Of a stretch of 64,000 bases of DNA, positions 24,283 to 37,370 are shown piece by piece. The notes below the pieces were generated by a model, which was given only the letters and a program-made list of their open reading frames with translations, was not told the DNA's origin and did no database searches. Source of the DNA: Pristiophorus japonicus (taxonomy: Eukaryota); assembly GCF_044704955.1 (NCBI RefSeq), contig NW_027252668.1, positions 3,224,001 through 3,288,000 of the forward strand, written 5' to 3'. Each line of letters starts with the position of its first letter. Within the stretch, counting starts at the first letter, position 1. The translations under genes were made by a program, and so were the position numbers.

Positions 24283-25026
24283 GAGTGCGGCTCTCGGGCC
24301 CCGGGCAACACCCAGTGCAGCTCTCGGGCCCCGGGCAACACCCAGTGCAGCTCTCGGGCCCCGGGCAACACCCAGTGCAGCTCTCGGGCCCCGGGCAACA
24401 CCCAGTGCAGCTCTCGGGCCCCGGGCAACACCCAGTGCAGCTCTCGGGCCCCGGGCAACACCCAGTGCAGCTCTCGGGGCCCCGGGCAACACCCAGTGCA
24501 GCTCTCGGGCCCCGGGCAACACGCAGTGCAGCTCTCGGGCCCCGAGCAACACGCAGTGCAGCTCTCGGGCCCCGGGCAACACCCAGTGCAGCTCTCGGGC
24601 CCCGGGCAACACCCAGTGCAGCTCTCGGGCCCCGGGCAACACCCAGTGCAGCTCTCGGGCCCCGGGCAACACCCAGTGCAGCTCTCGGGCCCCGGGCAAC
24701 ACCCAGTGCAGCTCTCGGGCCCCGGGCAACACCCAGTGCAGCTCTCGGGCCCCGGGCAACACCCAGTGCAGCTCTCGGGCCCCGGGCAACACCCAGTGCA
24801 GCTCTCGGGCCCCGGGCAACACCCAGTGCAGCTCTCGGGCCCCGGGCAACACCCAGTGCAGCTCTCGGGCCCCGGGCAACACCCAGTGCAGCTCTCGGGC
24901 CCCGGGCAACACCCAGTGCAGCTCTCGGGCCCCGGGCAACACCCAGTGCAGCTCTCGGGCCCCGGGAAACACCCAGTGCAGCTCTCGGGCCCCGGGCAAC
25001 ACCCAGTGCAGCTCTCAGGCCCCGAG
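24283..25026. repeat. Near-perfect 30-bp GC-rich minisatellite (GCAGCTCTCGGGCCCCGGGCAACACCCAGT), ~24-25 units
   Basis: Exact periodicity with only a handful of variants. Confidence 0.98.
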
Positions 25027-25596
25027 TCAGAGCCGCCAAGCCTGGCACCAGCAAACTCCGGGGGCAGTGCCACCCGCACACCACTTGCATTTATGCAGCA
25101 GGCCCAGCAATTCCTAGTTGCTCTATCAGGGAGGGCGCTGGATGTGGAAGTCTCTCCCTGACCTCCTGTGTGGGTCTGTTCGTTGCATCAGTTTGAGCTG
25201 GAGTGGGGAGGAGGGAGAAGCTGCTGGGTTTCACCCCCAGTACTTCTGGGCACAGTGGGACCAACAATTTCCCATGTGGGACTGTCACGGGAGGTGGGTT
25301 CCCTTCCCTGAAGGACAGTCGTGACCCAGATGTGTTTTTATGACAATCCGGCAGCTTTCATTGTCACTTTTTTCTAGTGCTGGCCCCACAAATGACCAGA
25401 TTCATCAAGCTCAATTTCACAAACTGCCTTTGTGTTTTTGTGGGTTCTCTCTCACACTCCCTTTTTCCTGTTTGAAATTCACTTTATAGGGTATTAAAAG
25501 GGGAGGATTTGTAGACTGGAAGCTCAAACCAAACATCACTTCAAGATCTGACAGTCACTCGATACATCGGGACCGGAATATCATCAGCTTTTGACC

Positions 25597-26865
25597 ATGG
25601 AAGCAGAAGGCACCGTTCACAGTGGGGAGAAACGGTACACGTGCTCTGTGTGTGGACAAGGCTTCAGCCAATCATCCAACCTGGAGAGACACAAGCGCAG
25701 TCACATTGGGGAGAAACCATGTAAATGTGAGGACTGTGGGAAACTATTCAACTACCCGTCCCAGCTGAAAATGCACCAGCCATTTACCTGCTCCGACTGT
25801 GGGAAGGGATTCACTGCATCATCCCACCTGCTGACACACCAGCAAGTTCCCACTGGGGAGAGGCTGTTCATCTGCACGGAGTGTGGGAAGGGATTCACTG
25901 TATCATCCAGCCTGCTGACACACCAGCGAGTTAACACTCGGGAGAGTCCGTTCACCTGCTCCGACTGTGGGAAGGGATTCACTGCATCATCCCACCTGCT
26001 GACACACCAGCAAGTTCCCACTGGGGAGAGGCCGTTCACCTGCTCCGACTGTGGGAAGGGATTCATTCAGTTATCCGCCCTACTGAGAGACCAGCGAGTT
26101 CACACTGGGGAGAGACCTTTTAAATGTTCTGACTGTGAGAAGAGTTTTAAAAGCAAACAGCAACTCCTGACACACCAGCGAGTTCACACTGGGGAGAGGC
26201 CGTTCACCTGCTCCGAGTGTGGGAAGAGATTCACTCAGTCATCCAGCCTGCTGACACACCAGCAAGTTCACACTGGGGAGAGGCCGTTCACCTGCGTGGA
26301 GTGTGGGAAGGGTTTCACTGTATCATCCAGCCTGCTGATACACCAGCAAGTTCACACTGGGGAAAGACCGTTCTCCTGCTCCGACTGTGGGAAGGGATTC
26401 ACTCAGTTATTCGCCCTGCTGAGACACCAGCGAGTTCACACTGAGGAGAGACCTTTTAAATGTTCTAACTGTGAGAAGAGTTTTAAAAGCAAACAGCAAC
26501 TCCTGACACACCAGCGAGTTCACACTGGGGAGAGGCCTTTTAAATGTTCTGACTGTGAGAAGAGTTTTAAAAGCAAACAGCACCTGCTGATACACCAGCG
26601 ACTTCACACTGGGGAGAGGCCGTTCACCTGCTCAGAGTGTGGGAAGGGATTCACTCTGTCATACCACCTGCTGAGACACCAGCGAATTCACACAGGGGAG
26701 AGGCCGTTCAGCTGCTCTGAATGTGGGATGGGATTCACTCGGTCAGCCCACCTGCTGAGACACCAGCGAATTCACACTGGGGAGAGGCCGTTCACCTGCT
26801 CAGAGTGTGGGAAGGGATTCATTCGATCATCCAACCTGCTGAGCCACCAGCGAGTTCACAAGTGA
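25597..26865 (+). CDS. C2H2 zinc-finger protein, 15 finger units, no KRAB/SCAN/BTB seen
   Basis: TGERPF linkers; ACCATGG Kozak at 25597; splice acceptor ...CACTTTATAG|G at 25489; fingers 2-6 lack a zinc ligand. Confidence 0.88.
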   Translation: MEAEGTVHSGEKRYTCSVCGQGFSQSSNLERHKRSHIGEKPCKCEDCGKLFNYPSQLKMHQPFTCSDCGKGFTASSHLLTHQQVPTGERLFICTECGKGFTVSSSLLTHQRVNTRESPFTCSDCGKGFTASSHLLTHQQVPTGERPFTCSDCGKGFIQLSALLRDQRVHTGERPFKCSDCEKSFKSKQQLLTHQRVHTGERPFTCSECGKRFTQSSSLLTHQQVHTGERPFTCVECGKGFTVSSSLLIHQQVHTGERPFSCSDCGKGFTQLFALLRHQRVHTEERPFKCSNCEKSFKSKQQLLTHQRVHTGERPFKCSDCEKSFKSKQHLLIHQRLHTGERPFTCSECGKGFTLSYHLLRHQRIHTGERPFSCSECGMGFTRSAHLLRHQRIHTGERPFTCSECGKGFIRSSNLLSHQRVHK

Positions 26866-27344
26866 CTGCAGGGGTTGGATTCTGCTGTTATTGCTGCTGT
26901 TAATCACATCCTGGACTGAATTGTGTTCATTCTGACAGTTGGGGTTTATATCTCTTGTAACGCTAATGTTAATAACTCCTGTAGCTCGACTGGAATTTAA
27001 TATTTGATATATCGACACATAAATTAGTGTTGCTTTCAACACATTGCTGTGGATTTTTGTCTTTCCCACCTGAATGTTTAGCATCACCTGGCTGGAGCTG
27101 AGAAAGGACAATCTGGAGGGAGGATCATACAGGGGGAACAGAATTTCAGCCTGGACACACTCCTTCAGGGCCACACTAAGATCACTTCATTCCTCTGAAC
27201 TCAAATGTGTATAGGCCCAACCTATCGTCATAAGTCGACCCCCCTCATCTCCGGAATCTACAGCAGACATGAGCAAGGACCTGAGGCTTATTAAAAGACA
27301 CATTTCATTACAGACAAGGTTACACTGGGAGAAATGTTCAGTTA

Positions 27345-27872
27345 GAACATAAGAAATAGGAGCAGGAGTAGGCCATTTGGCCCCTCAGGCCTGCTCCGCC
27401 ATTCAATAAGACCATGGCTGATCTGATCATGGACTCAGCTCCACTTCCCTGCCCGCTCCCCATAACCTTTTACTCCCTTATCACTCAAAAATCTGTCTAT
27501 CTCTGCCTTAAATATATTCAAAGACCCAGCCTCCACAGCTCTCTTGGGCAGAGAATTCCATAGATTTACACCCATCAGAGAAGAAATTCATCACCTCAAT
27601 TTTAATTGGGTGGCCCCTTATTCTAAGACTATGTCCCCTAGTTTTAGTTTCCCGTATGAGTGGAAATATCCTCTCTGCATCCACCTTATTGAGCCCCCTC
27701 GTCATCTTATATGTTTTGATAAGATCACCTCTCATTCTTCTGAACTCCAATTTGTATAGGCTCAACCTTTCTTGATGAGTCAACCCCCTCATCTCTGGAA
27801 TCAACCTAGTGAACCTTCACTGAACAGCCTCCAATGCAAGTATATCCTTCCTTAAATACAGAGACCAAAATA
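27345..27872 (-). mobile_element. CR1 3' fragment
   Basis: AGAACATAAGAAATAGGAGCAGGAGTAGGCC tail; LEFRRMRGDLI. Confidence 0.88.
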
Positions 27873-28159
27873 CAGAGTCCATTACAGGCAAAATGCCGAG
27901 CAAACCAGCAGCACACTGGCACCTTAACAGTGTGTCATCGGTCTGCAGGCTTTTCTTAAATAGATTTGCTGAGTGGATATAAACTTATACAAGGTTTGCA
28001 GGCGTGATGCTCTATTCACATATTGGAGGTAGAAGAGATGCTGTGAGGTACTTTCAGTAGCTGAAAGTGATTAACAGACTAGGTTTTGTGTTTAGTGAGT
28101 CTGGGCGTGTTACCAATACCAGCAAAATCGGGACAGTGCAGCATGGATATGAAAGTGGC

Positions 28160-30082
28160 TAAGTGACACAAACAGAGTAGTGGTGAACGGTTGTTTTTCA
28201 GACTGGAGGAAGTGGTGTTCCCCAGGGGTCAGTACTGGGGCCACTGATTTTTTTGATCTATATTAATGACTTAGACTTGGGTGTACAGGGCACAATTTCC
28301 AAATTTGCAGATGACACAAAACTTAGAAGTACAGTGAACAGTGAGGAGGATAGTGATAGATCTTGAAAGACATATACAGGCTGGTGGAATGGATGGACAT
28401 GTGGCAGATGAAATTTAACATAGAAAAGTTCAAAAGTGATACATTTTGGTAGGAAGAAAGAGGAGTGGAAATATAAACTAAAGAATACAATTTTAAAGGG
28501 GTGCATGAACAGAGAGACCCAGGAGTATATGTGCACCAATCGCTGAAGGTGGCAACGCAGGTTGAGAAAGCAGTTAGAAAGGCTTATGGGATACTAGGCT
28601 TCATGAATAGAAGTATAGAGTACAGAAGTGTGGATATTATGTTGAACTTGCATAAAATACTGGTTCGGCCTCAACTGGAATATTGTGTCCAATTCTGGGT
28701 CATTATCATAGGCAGCCCCTCTGAATCGAGGCAGACATGCTTCCACTCTAAAAATGAATCCTAAGGTGGCTGAACAGTCCAATATGAGAACCACAGTCCC
28801 TGTCACAGGTGGGACAGATAGTCGTTGAGGGAAAGGGTGGGTGTGACAGGTTTGCCGCACGCCCGTTCCCATGCCTGCGTTTGATTTCTGTGTGCTCTCG
28901 GCGATGAGACTCGAGGTGCTCAGTGCCCTCCCGGATGCACTTCCTCCACTTAGTGCAGTCTTTGACCAGGGACTCCCAGGTGTCGGTGGGGATGTTGCAC
29001 TTTTTCCAGGAGGCTTTGAGGATGTCCATGCAACATTTCCTCTGCCCACCTTTGGCTCGTTTGCCGTGAAGGAGTTCCGAGTAGAGCGTTTGTTTTGGGA
29101 GTCTCATGTCTGGCATGCGAACAATATGGCTTGCACAGCGGAGTTGATCAAGTGTGGTCAATGCTTCAGTGTTAGGAATGTTGGCCTGGTCGACGACGCT
29201 AATGTTGGTGCATCTGTCCTCCCAGGGGCTTTGTAGGACCTTGCGGAGACATCGTTGGTGGTATTTCTCCAGCAACTTGAGGTGTCTACTGTACATGGTC
29301 CATGTCTCTGTGACATACAGGAGGGCAGGTATTACTACAGCCTTGTAGACCATGAGTTATGTCACAAATTTGAGGGCCTGGTCTTCAAACACACTTTTCC
29401 TCAGGCGGCCGAAGGCTGCACTGGTGCACTGGAGGCAGTGTTGAATCTCGTTGTCAATGTCTGCTCTTGTTGATAAGAGGTTCCCGTATGGTCCACGTTG
29501 TCCAGGACCGCGCCGTGGATCCTTGATGACTGGGTGGCGGAGGGGGAGGTTTGTGGAGGACCTTTGTCCGTAAGGCCCATGCTTTCGTATGCCTCAGTAA
29601 ATACGTTGACTATGATTTGGAAGTTCAGCCTCTGTGTGTGCGCAGACACAGGCATCATCTGCGTATGGTAGCTCGACAACCGAGGTTGGGGTGGTCTTGG
29701 ACCTGGCCTGGAGACGACGAAAGTTGAACAGGTTCCCACTGGTTCTGTAGTTCACTCCAGCGAGGAGCTTGTTGACTGAGATGGAGCAATTCTGGGTACC
29801 GCATTTTAGCAAGTATGCAAAGGCTTTGGAGAGGGTGCAGAAAAGATTTATGAGAATGATTCAGGGATGAGGGACTTCAGTTATGTGGATAGTCTGGAGA
29901 AGCTGGGGTTGTTCTCCTCAGGGCAGAGAAGATTGAGAGGAGATTTGACAGAGGTATTCAAAATCATTAAGGGTCTGGACAGAGTAGATGGAGTGGGATT
30001 AGCTGACGCTCTTGCAGATAGCCGGCATGGGCTCGATGGGCAAAACGGCCTCCTTCCGTGTTGTAACCAGTCTCTGATTCTA
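28160..30082 (+). mobile_element. Older CR1 copy split by an RTE insertion
   Basis: [20 protein letters not shown]| ... |PHF, RRLRGDL; resumes after the TSD at 29797. Confidence 0.8.
28701..29786 (-). mobile_element. RTE-clade LINE, 5'-truncated
   Basis: YADD, VYKAVVIPALLY..ETW, RMPD.RLPKQ.LYSEL, C-terminal CPTCDRDC..HIGLFSH; (ATG)n-like tail; 11-bp TSD CAATTCTGGGT at 28690-28700 and 29787-29797. Confidence 0.92.
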
Positions 30083-30299
30083 AGTTGAAGAAAAACCTGT
30101 GACCCAGGATGCTCCATCTCCCGGGCACTGGGACCTAGTTGGGAACAGAGACCCTGAAGCCCCGTCCATTCTCTGTTCCTGAACCAAGATGGCCATGCAT
30201 GTGCCCTGATCCCGCCCTGTGCAAGATGGCGGCCAGTGACCCTGCTCACCCGGGCCTGTCACCATGGGGCATGAGGGCTCTAATTTGGGGTCTGAGATT

Positions 30300-30440
30300 T
30301 ATCTGTATCTAAACTGTGCTGTACCTGCCCTGGGATTGTCTGATGAGATAGTGTAGAGGGAGCTTTACTCTGAATTTAACCAGTGCTGTACTTGCTCTGG
30401 TAGTCTTCGACAGGAAGGTGTCGAGGAAGTGTTTCAATAC
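30300..30440. repeat. ~66-bp dispersed tandem repeat family, 2 degenerate units
   Basis: TGTATCTAA..GTGCTGTACCTGCCCTGGGA...GTGTAGAGGGAGCTTTACTC; same family as 44370-44620 and 56030-56336. Confidence 0.65.
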
Positions 30441-33010
30441 ATATGAAAAATGACGGACAAGGAAAGACCATCTGGTCCATCAAGCCTGTCCCACACAATT
30501 GCGATATATCACAGCATATACACTCCACTCCACCCGAATCCATGTGATCTCCTGGGAGAGGCAAAAAAACATGAAAAAAAACCAGGCCAATTTGGGAAAA
30601 TAAAATATGGGAAATTCCTCTCCGACCCATCTAAGCGATCGAAACTAGTTCAGCAGATCACTCTGGCCATTAAATTCTCTGCAGTACCTACCTTCTGTAA
30701 GTGTTAATCTCCGCCGCAGCCACAAACAAATCCAGCTTTTGCTTGAAGGAATTCAGTGAGTCTATCCACCACATGAGAGGGCAGAGGTCTACTATTCTCT
30801 GGGAAAAGAACCACCTCCTGACATCTAACCTAGATGTAGCCTTATACAACTTAAATTTGTGCCCCTGGTCCTGCCTAACCTACTTCATTGAAATAAACAG
30901 TCAGCTGGAACACTTTCATGTTCATTATCTTATAAACCTCAATCATATCCCCCTAAGTCTACGCTGCTCTAAGGAAAAGAGTCCCAACTCTTTTAACCTA
31001 TCTTGATAACTAAGATACTTTAGACTTGGAATTAGTCTAGTGGCCCTCTTCTGCACCTTTTCCAGAGCCTCAATATCACCCACCATGTGAGGAGACCAAA
31101 ACTGGACACAGTATTCCAAGTGCAGCCTGACTAAGGTATTGTATCAGGACAAAACAGTGCGCCTCGTCTTATACTCCATTGTCCTATGGATACACCCAAC
31201 ACCCTATTTGCTCTAGCTATCGCTGCACAGCATTGCTCATGTACCTTTAAGGATGTATGCACTAGAATGCCCAAATCTCTTTCTATCTCCACCATTTTTA
31301 ATGCCTTTCCCGAGAGGGTTTACGAATGTTGAGCATTTGCCCTGCCCACATGCATGCCACTGAACTTATCTAAGTTATACATCATTTTCCAGTCATGAGG
31401 CCAGACTCCCAACACTTTAAGATCTGACTGAATCAGACGAGCCTATTCTACAGTTCCAGCACTTGCACAGATCTTCGTATTTCCAAATTTGCAAACTGTG
31501 CCCCCAACCCCAAAATCCAGATCCTTAATATAATTAGTGAAAAGCAATGGTCCAAGCACTGATCCCTGCGGGACACCACTGGTGACCGGTCTCCAAACAG
31601 ATCCAAATCCATCTTTCACTGCTCTTTTCTGGCATCCTGCCAGCCAGATCTGAATCCAGCTCACTATATTTCCACTAATACCAGAGGCTCCCATCTCACA
31701 GAGAAGCTTCTTGTGTGGTATCCTCTCAAAAGCTTTTTGAAAATCTAAGTAGACAATGTCTACTGGGCTTCCCTCATCCACCAACTTTGTAACTTTTTCA
31801 AAAAATACAATTAAAATTGTGAGACATGAACTCTTTTTTTATGAAGCCATATTGGGTGTCCCCAATCTGTCCCTCCCTATCCAAGTATTCATATCTTGCA
31901 TCCCTTATGATTCAAGCATCTCACCTATTGCTGATATTAAACTGATGGGCCTATAGTTACCCGGGTCTGCCTTGTCACAATTTTTTTTAAATGGGGACTA
32001 CCTTAGCCTCCTTCCAGTCTGTAGGAACCATTCCAGATTGCAGTGAGCTATTTAAAATACAGGCCAGGGGCTCGCACAGCACATGTCCCATCTCCCGGAG
32101 GACCCTCGGGGGGGTATTATCCGGCCCTGCTGCTCTATCTATTTTCAAGTTCTTAATTTTTTCTAAAGCAATCTGGTTATATAAGTTAATGTTACTGATA
32201 AAACTAGTATTATTAAATTCTAATATTTGAGCATGATCTTCAAGGGTGAATACTGATGCAAATTACTCATTTAATATTTCCGCCATACTCAGTGAGTCCT
32301 TTGTAACCTGTCCTTGAACACCCTTCAGTGGCCCAAAACAGTCTTTGATAGTTCTCTGACTCTTCACATAACTCAAAAAGCTCTTCCCATGACTGCCACA
32401 GTTGTCCACAATCCTTTTTCCCATTAGCCTTTTTGCTGATCGAATAGCAGCCTTCGTTTTCTTTAATTGTTCCTTGTATTCACCCTATTTATTTGAGTGT
32501 TAAATGATTTAATTTATAGAGACATTTCTGTTTATATCTGATTTGTCTTTGTACAGAGCCAGTCGGCCACCTTGGCTTTTTCTCACCACATGTCTATCTT
32601 TTGATTTTGTCGACATGTTGGTTTTCAACATTTTTAATCGTATTCTGAAAAACTTTCCATTTATATTCAACATCGGTCGCATCAGCACCGAGGGGGGTTG
32701 GCCAATTTACCTGTTGCAAGTCCTCTGCCATTTTGGAGAAGTTTGCCCGTCTGAAATGTGGTGCGAGTCGCAGGTTCTCAGTCCCTTTGGTTCTCCCGGC
32801 CAATTGGGAGCGTATAATGTGATCAGTGTTGCCCAGATGTTCCCCCACACCAGGTCAGGCTCACTACTAAACACCAGATCCAATATATAACTTTCCCCAG
32901 TTACTTCATTAACATGTTGAGTCAGGAAACAGTCCTGTATATTGTCAATAAATCTTTCAGCTGCACTTCCCCCAACAGCAGGTAAAGCAGCGTGCCCCTG
33001 AATGTCAGGG
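30440..33010 (-). mobile_element. Old divergent CR1 LINE (EN end, RT, 3' end)
   Basis: FLTQHV.E.T...[29 protein letters not shown] in minus ORFs; many disablements. Confidence 0.8.
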
Positions 33011-33134
33011 CAATAACAATGAGCTTCCCTCAGGTTAATTCTCTCTCTGTCCCCCACACAAGCTGCCTGAGCGGCTGAGTGTTTCCAGCACCTTCTGTCT
33101 TTATTCTCTCAGATTGCAGCATTCCCGCTGCTGA

Positions 33135-33600
33135 GCTCAGGGGCTGTGTGGGCGGGGCCCTGACGTAATACACGGCGGGCGGGGCCATGTCCCGCGCGCT
33201 GCCGGGCTCGCGGAGTGACAGTTCAACTGCCCCGGGTTCAAATCAGGAGCCACGTGACCCCGCGCGGTTCCTTCGGCAGTCCTCTGGGCGGGGCTCTGTG
33301 GTGGAGCGGAACTGGGATTGGTGCAAGGGGCTGTCAATCTCCTGTGTGCAGCCAGGGTTACCGGGGCCGCGCTCTGTCACTGGGGGAACTGGGCTCACGG
33401 ACTGAGAGCGGGCGGCTCAGCCCGAGAGCTGAACAAACACCGGGAGGGACTTTAAAGTGTAACAGTGCCGCTTTGTAACTGTGCACAGAAAATGGCGCAT
33501 TGCCATCTACATGAGGGAAAATGCGGAAGTGTCAGATCTGATGTTTGCTGTCACACAGGGCGGGACTTTAAAGTTTAAATTAAAGTGTTTGTAAGTGAGC
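33135..33600 (+). promoter_or_regulatory. CpG-island promoter-like module
   Basis: GC boxes GGGCGGGG, CRE-like TGACGTAA (~33161), E-box CACGTGAC (~33251), YY1 AAAATGGCG (~33489), ETS CGGAAGTG (~33524). Confidence 0.55.
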
Positions 33601-33653
33601 ACAGAAACCGAGGTTAGATTACTGTCATCGTCAGGTCCCGGGGAATGTGCTGA

Positions 33654-34078
33654 CCCAGACAGTGTGTAACCCGGGGGTGGGCCCAGTGAGATCAGACAGT
33701 GTGTAACCTGGGGGCCCAGTGAGATCAGACAGTGTGTAACCCAGGGGCCCAGTGAGATCAGACTGTGTAACCCGGGGGCCCAGTGAGATCAGACAGTGTG
33801 TAACCCGGGGGTGGGCCCAGTGAAATCAGACAGTGTGTAACCCGGGGGTGGGCCCAGTGAGATCAGACAGTGTGTAACCCGGGGGTGGGCCCAGTGAGAT
33901 CAGACAGTGTGTAACCCGGGGGCCCAGTGAGATCAGACAGTGTGTAACCCGGGGGGCCCAGTGAGATCAGACAGTGTGTAACCCGGGGGCCCAGTGAGAT
34001 CAGACAGTGTGTAACCCGGGGGCCCAGTGAGATCAGACAGTGTGTAACCCTGGGGCCCAGTGAGATCATACAGTGTGT
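33654..34078. repeat. 35-39-bp minisatellite (CCCAGTGAGATCAGACAGTGTGTAACCCGGGGG), left part
   Basis: Tandem units; the same array resumes at 37370. Confidence 0.95.
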
Positions 34079-37000
34079 GCCACGTGCTAGTCAGAGTAGG
34101 AATCGCAGGATAGCGCAGATGAATACGTGGCTTGAGCAGTGGTGCAGCAGGGAGGGATTCAAATTACTGGGGCATTGCAACCGGTTCTGGGGGAGGTGGG
34201 ACCAGTACAAACCGGACGGTCTGCACCTGGGCAGGTCCGGAACCAATGTCCGAGGGGGAATGTTTGCTCGTGCTGTTGGGGAGGAGTTAAACTAATCTGG
34301 CAGGGGGGTGGGAACCAATGCAGGGAGACAGAGGGAAATAAAAATGAGACAAAAGCAAAAGACAGAAAGGAGATGAGGAAAAGTAGAGGGCAGAGAAACC
34401 CAAGGCAAAGAACAAAAAGGGCCACTGTACAGCAAAATTCTAAAAGGACAAAGGGTGTTAAAAAAACAAGCCTGAAGGCTTTGTGTCTTAATGCAAGGAG
34501 TATCCGTAATAAGGTGGATGAATTAACTGTGCAAATAGATGTTAATAAATATGATGTGATTGGGATTACAGAGACGTGGCTCCAGGATGATCAGGGCTGG
34601 GAACTCAACATCCAGGGGTATTCAACATTCAGGAAGGATAGAATAAAAGGAAAAAGAGGTGGGGTAGCATTGCTGGTTAAAGAGGAGATTAATGCAATAG
34701 TTAGGAAGGACATTAGCTTAGATGATGTGGAATCAATATGGGTCGAGCTGCAGAACACCAAAGGGCAAAAAACGTTAGAGGGAGTTGTGTACAGACCTCC
34801 AAACAGTAGTAGTGATGTTAGGGAGGGCATCAAACATGAAATTAGGGGTGCATGCAATAAAGGTGCAGCAGTTATAATGGGTGACTTTAATATGCACATA
34901 CATTGGGCTAACCAAACTGGAAGCAATACGGTGGAGGAGGATTTCCTGGAGTGCATAAGGGATGGTTTTCTAGACCAATATGTCGAGGAACCAACTAGGG
35001 GGGAGGCCATCTTAGACTGGATGTTGTGTAATGAGAGAGGATTAATTAGCAATCTCGTTGTGCGAGGCCCCTTGGGGAAGAGTGACCACAATATGGTGGA
35101 ATTCTGCATTAGGATGGAGAATGAAACAGTTAATTCAGAGACCATGGTCCAGAACTTAAAGAAGGGTAACTTTGAAGGTATGAGGCGTGAATTGGCTAGG
35201 ATAGATTGGCGAATGATACTTAAGGGGTTGACTGTGGATGGGCAATGGCAGACATTTATAGACCGCATGGATGAACTACAATAATTGTACATTCCTGTCT
35301 GGCGTAAAAATAAAAAAGGGAAGGTGGCTCAGTTGTGGCTATCAAGGGAAATCAGGGATAGTATTAAAGCCAAGGAAGTGGCATACAAATTGGCCAGAAA
35401 TAGCAGCGAATCCGGGGACTGGGAGAAATTTAGAACTCAGCAGAGGAGGACAAAGGGTTTGATTAGGGCAGGGAAAATGGAGTATGAGAAGAAGCTTGCA
35501 GGGAACATTAAGACGGATTGCAAAAGTTTCTATAGATATGAAAAGAGATAAAGGTTAGTAAAGACAAACATAGATCCCCTGCAGTCAGAATCAGGGGAAG
35601 TCATAACGGGGAACAAAGATATGGCAGACCAATTGAACAAGTAGTTTGGTTCGGTATTCACTAAGGAGGACACAAACAACCTTCCGGATATAAAAGGGGT
35701 CAGAGGGTCTAGTAAGGAGGAGGAACTGAGGGAAATCCTTATTAGTCGGGAAATTGTGTTGGGGAAATTGATGGGATTGAAGGCCGATAAATCCCCAGGG
35801 CCTGATGGACTGCATCCCAGAGTACTTAAGGAGATGGCCTTGGAAATAGCACATGCATTGAAAGTCATTTTGCAACATTCCATTGACTCTGGATCAGTTC
35901 CTATGGAGTGGAGGGGAGCCAATGTAACCCCACTTTTTAAAAAAGGAGGGAGAGAAAACAGGGAATTATAGACCGGTTAGCCTGACATCGGTAGTGGGTA
36001 AAATGATGGAATCAATTATTAAGGATGTCATAGCAGTGCATTTGGAAAGAGGTGACATGATAGGTCCAAGTCAGCATGGATTTGTGAAAGGGAAATCATG
36101 CTTGACAAATCTTCTGGAATTTTTTGAGGATGTTTCCAGTAGAGTGGACAAGGGAGAACCAGTTGATGTGGTATATTTGGACTTTCAGAAGGCTTTCGAC
36201 AAGGTCCCACACAAGAGATTAATGTGCAAAGTTAAAGCACATGAGATTGGGGGTAGTGTGCTGACATGGATTGAGAACTGGTTGTCAGACAGGAAGCAAA
36301 GAGTAGGAGTAAATGGGTACTTTTCAGAATGGCAGGCAGTGACTAGTAAGGTACCGCAAGGTTCTGTGCTGGGGCCCCAGCTGTTTACACTGTACATTAA
36401 TGATTTAGACGAGGGGATTAAATGTAGTATCTCCAAATTTGTGGATGACACTAAGTTGGGTGGCAGTGTGAGCTGCGAGGAGGATGCTATGAGGCTGCAG
36501 AGCGACTTGGATAGGTTAGGTGAGTGGGCAAATGCATGGCAGATGAAGTATAATGTGGATAAATGTGAGGTTATCCACTTTGGTGGTAAAAATAGAGAGA
36601 CAAACTATTATCTGAATGGTGACAGATTAGGAAAAGGGGAGGTGCAACGAGACCTGGGTGTCATGGTACATCAGTCATTGAAGGTTGGCATGCAGGTGCA
36701 GCAGGCAGTTAAGAAAGCAAATGGCATGTTGGCCTTCATAGCGAGGGGATTTGACTACAGGGCAGGGAGATGTTGCTACAGTTGTACAGGGCCTTGGTGA
36801 GGCCACACCTGGAGTATTGTGTACAGTTTTGGTCACCTAACTTGAGGAAGGACATTCTTGCTATTGAGGGAGTGCAGCGAAGGTTCACCAGACTGATTCC
36901 CGGGATGGCGGGACTGACCTATCAAGAAAGACTGGATCAACTGTGCTTGTATTCACTGGAGTTCAGAAGAATGAGAGGGGACCTCATAGAAACGTTTAAA

Positions 37001-37370
37001 ATTCTGATGGGTTTAGACAGGTTAGATGCAGGAAGAATGTTCCCAATGTTGGGGAAGTCCAGAACCAGGGGACACAGTCTAAGGATAAGGGGTAAGGCAT
37101 TTAGGACTGAGATGAGGAGAAACTTCACCCAGAGAGTGGTGAACCTGTGGAATTCTCTACCACAGAACTTTGTTGAGGCCAATTCACTAAATATATTCAA
37201 AAAGGAGTTAGATGAAGTCCTTACTACTAGGGGGATCAAGGGGTATGGCGAGAAAGCAGGAATGGGGTACTGAAGTTGCATGTTTAGCCATGAACTCATT
37301 GAATGGCGGTGCAGGCTAGAAGGGCCGAATGGCCTACTCCTGCACCTATTTTCTATGTTTTGTTTCTATG
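34077..37370 (+). mobile_element. Young CR1 LINE: end of ORF1 plus complete but disabled ORF2
   Basis: ORF1 esterase-like DGLHL motif; ORF2 LNARSIRNK, ITETW, GDFN, SDH, RT motifs; a few stops and frameshifts; TTTCTATG tail. Confidence 0.95.

Noticed and set aside
24048-25196. Cys-rich (CTGCCPGPES)n ORF resembling keratin-associated or metallothionein proteins
   Set aside because: A 30-bp unit open in multiple frames, with no synonymous variation between units, fused to CR1 debris.
30186-30235. YY1 consensus CAAGATGGCGGC as a promoter
   Set aside because: Isolated between repeats, with no CpG island or downstream exon recognised.
33030-33125. Fragment reminiscent of Penelope-like terminal repeats (also ~42025-42080)
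   Set aside because: Too short and degenerate; no hammerhead core or ORF visible.
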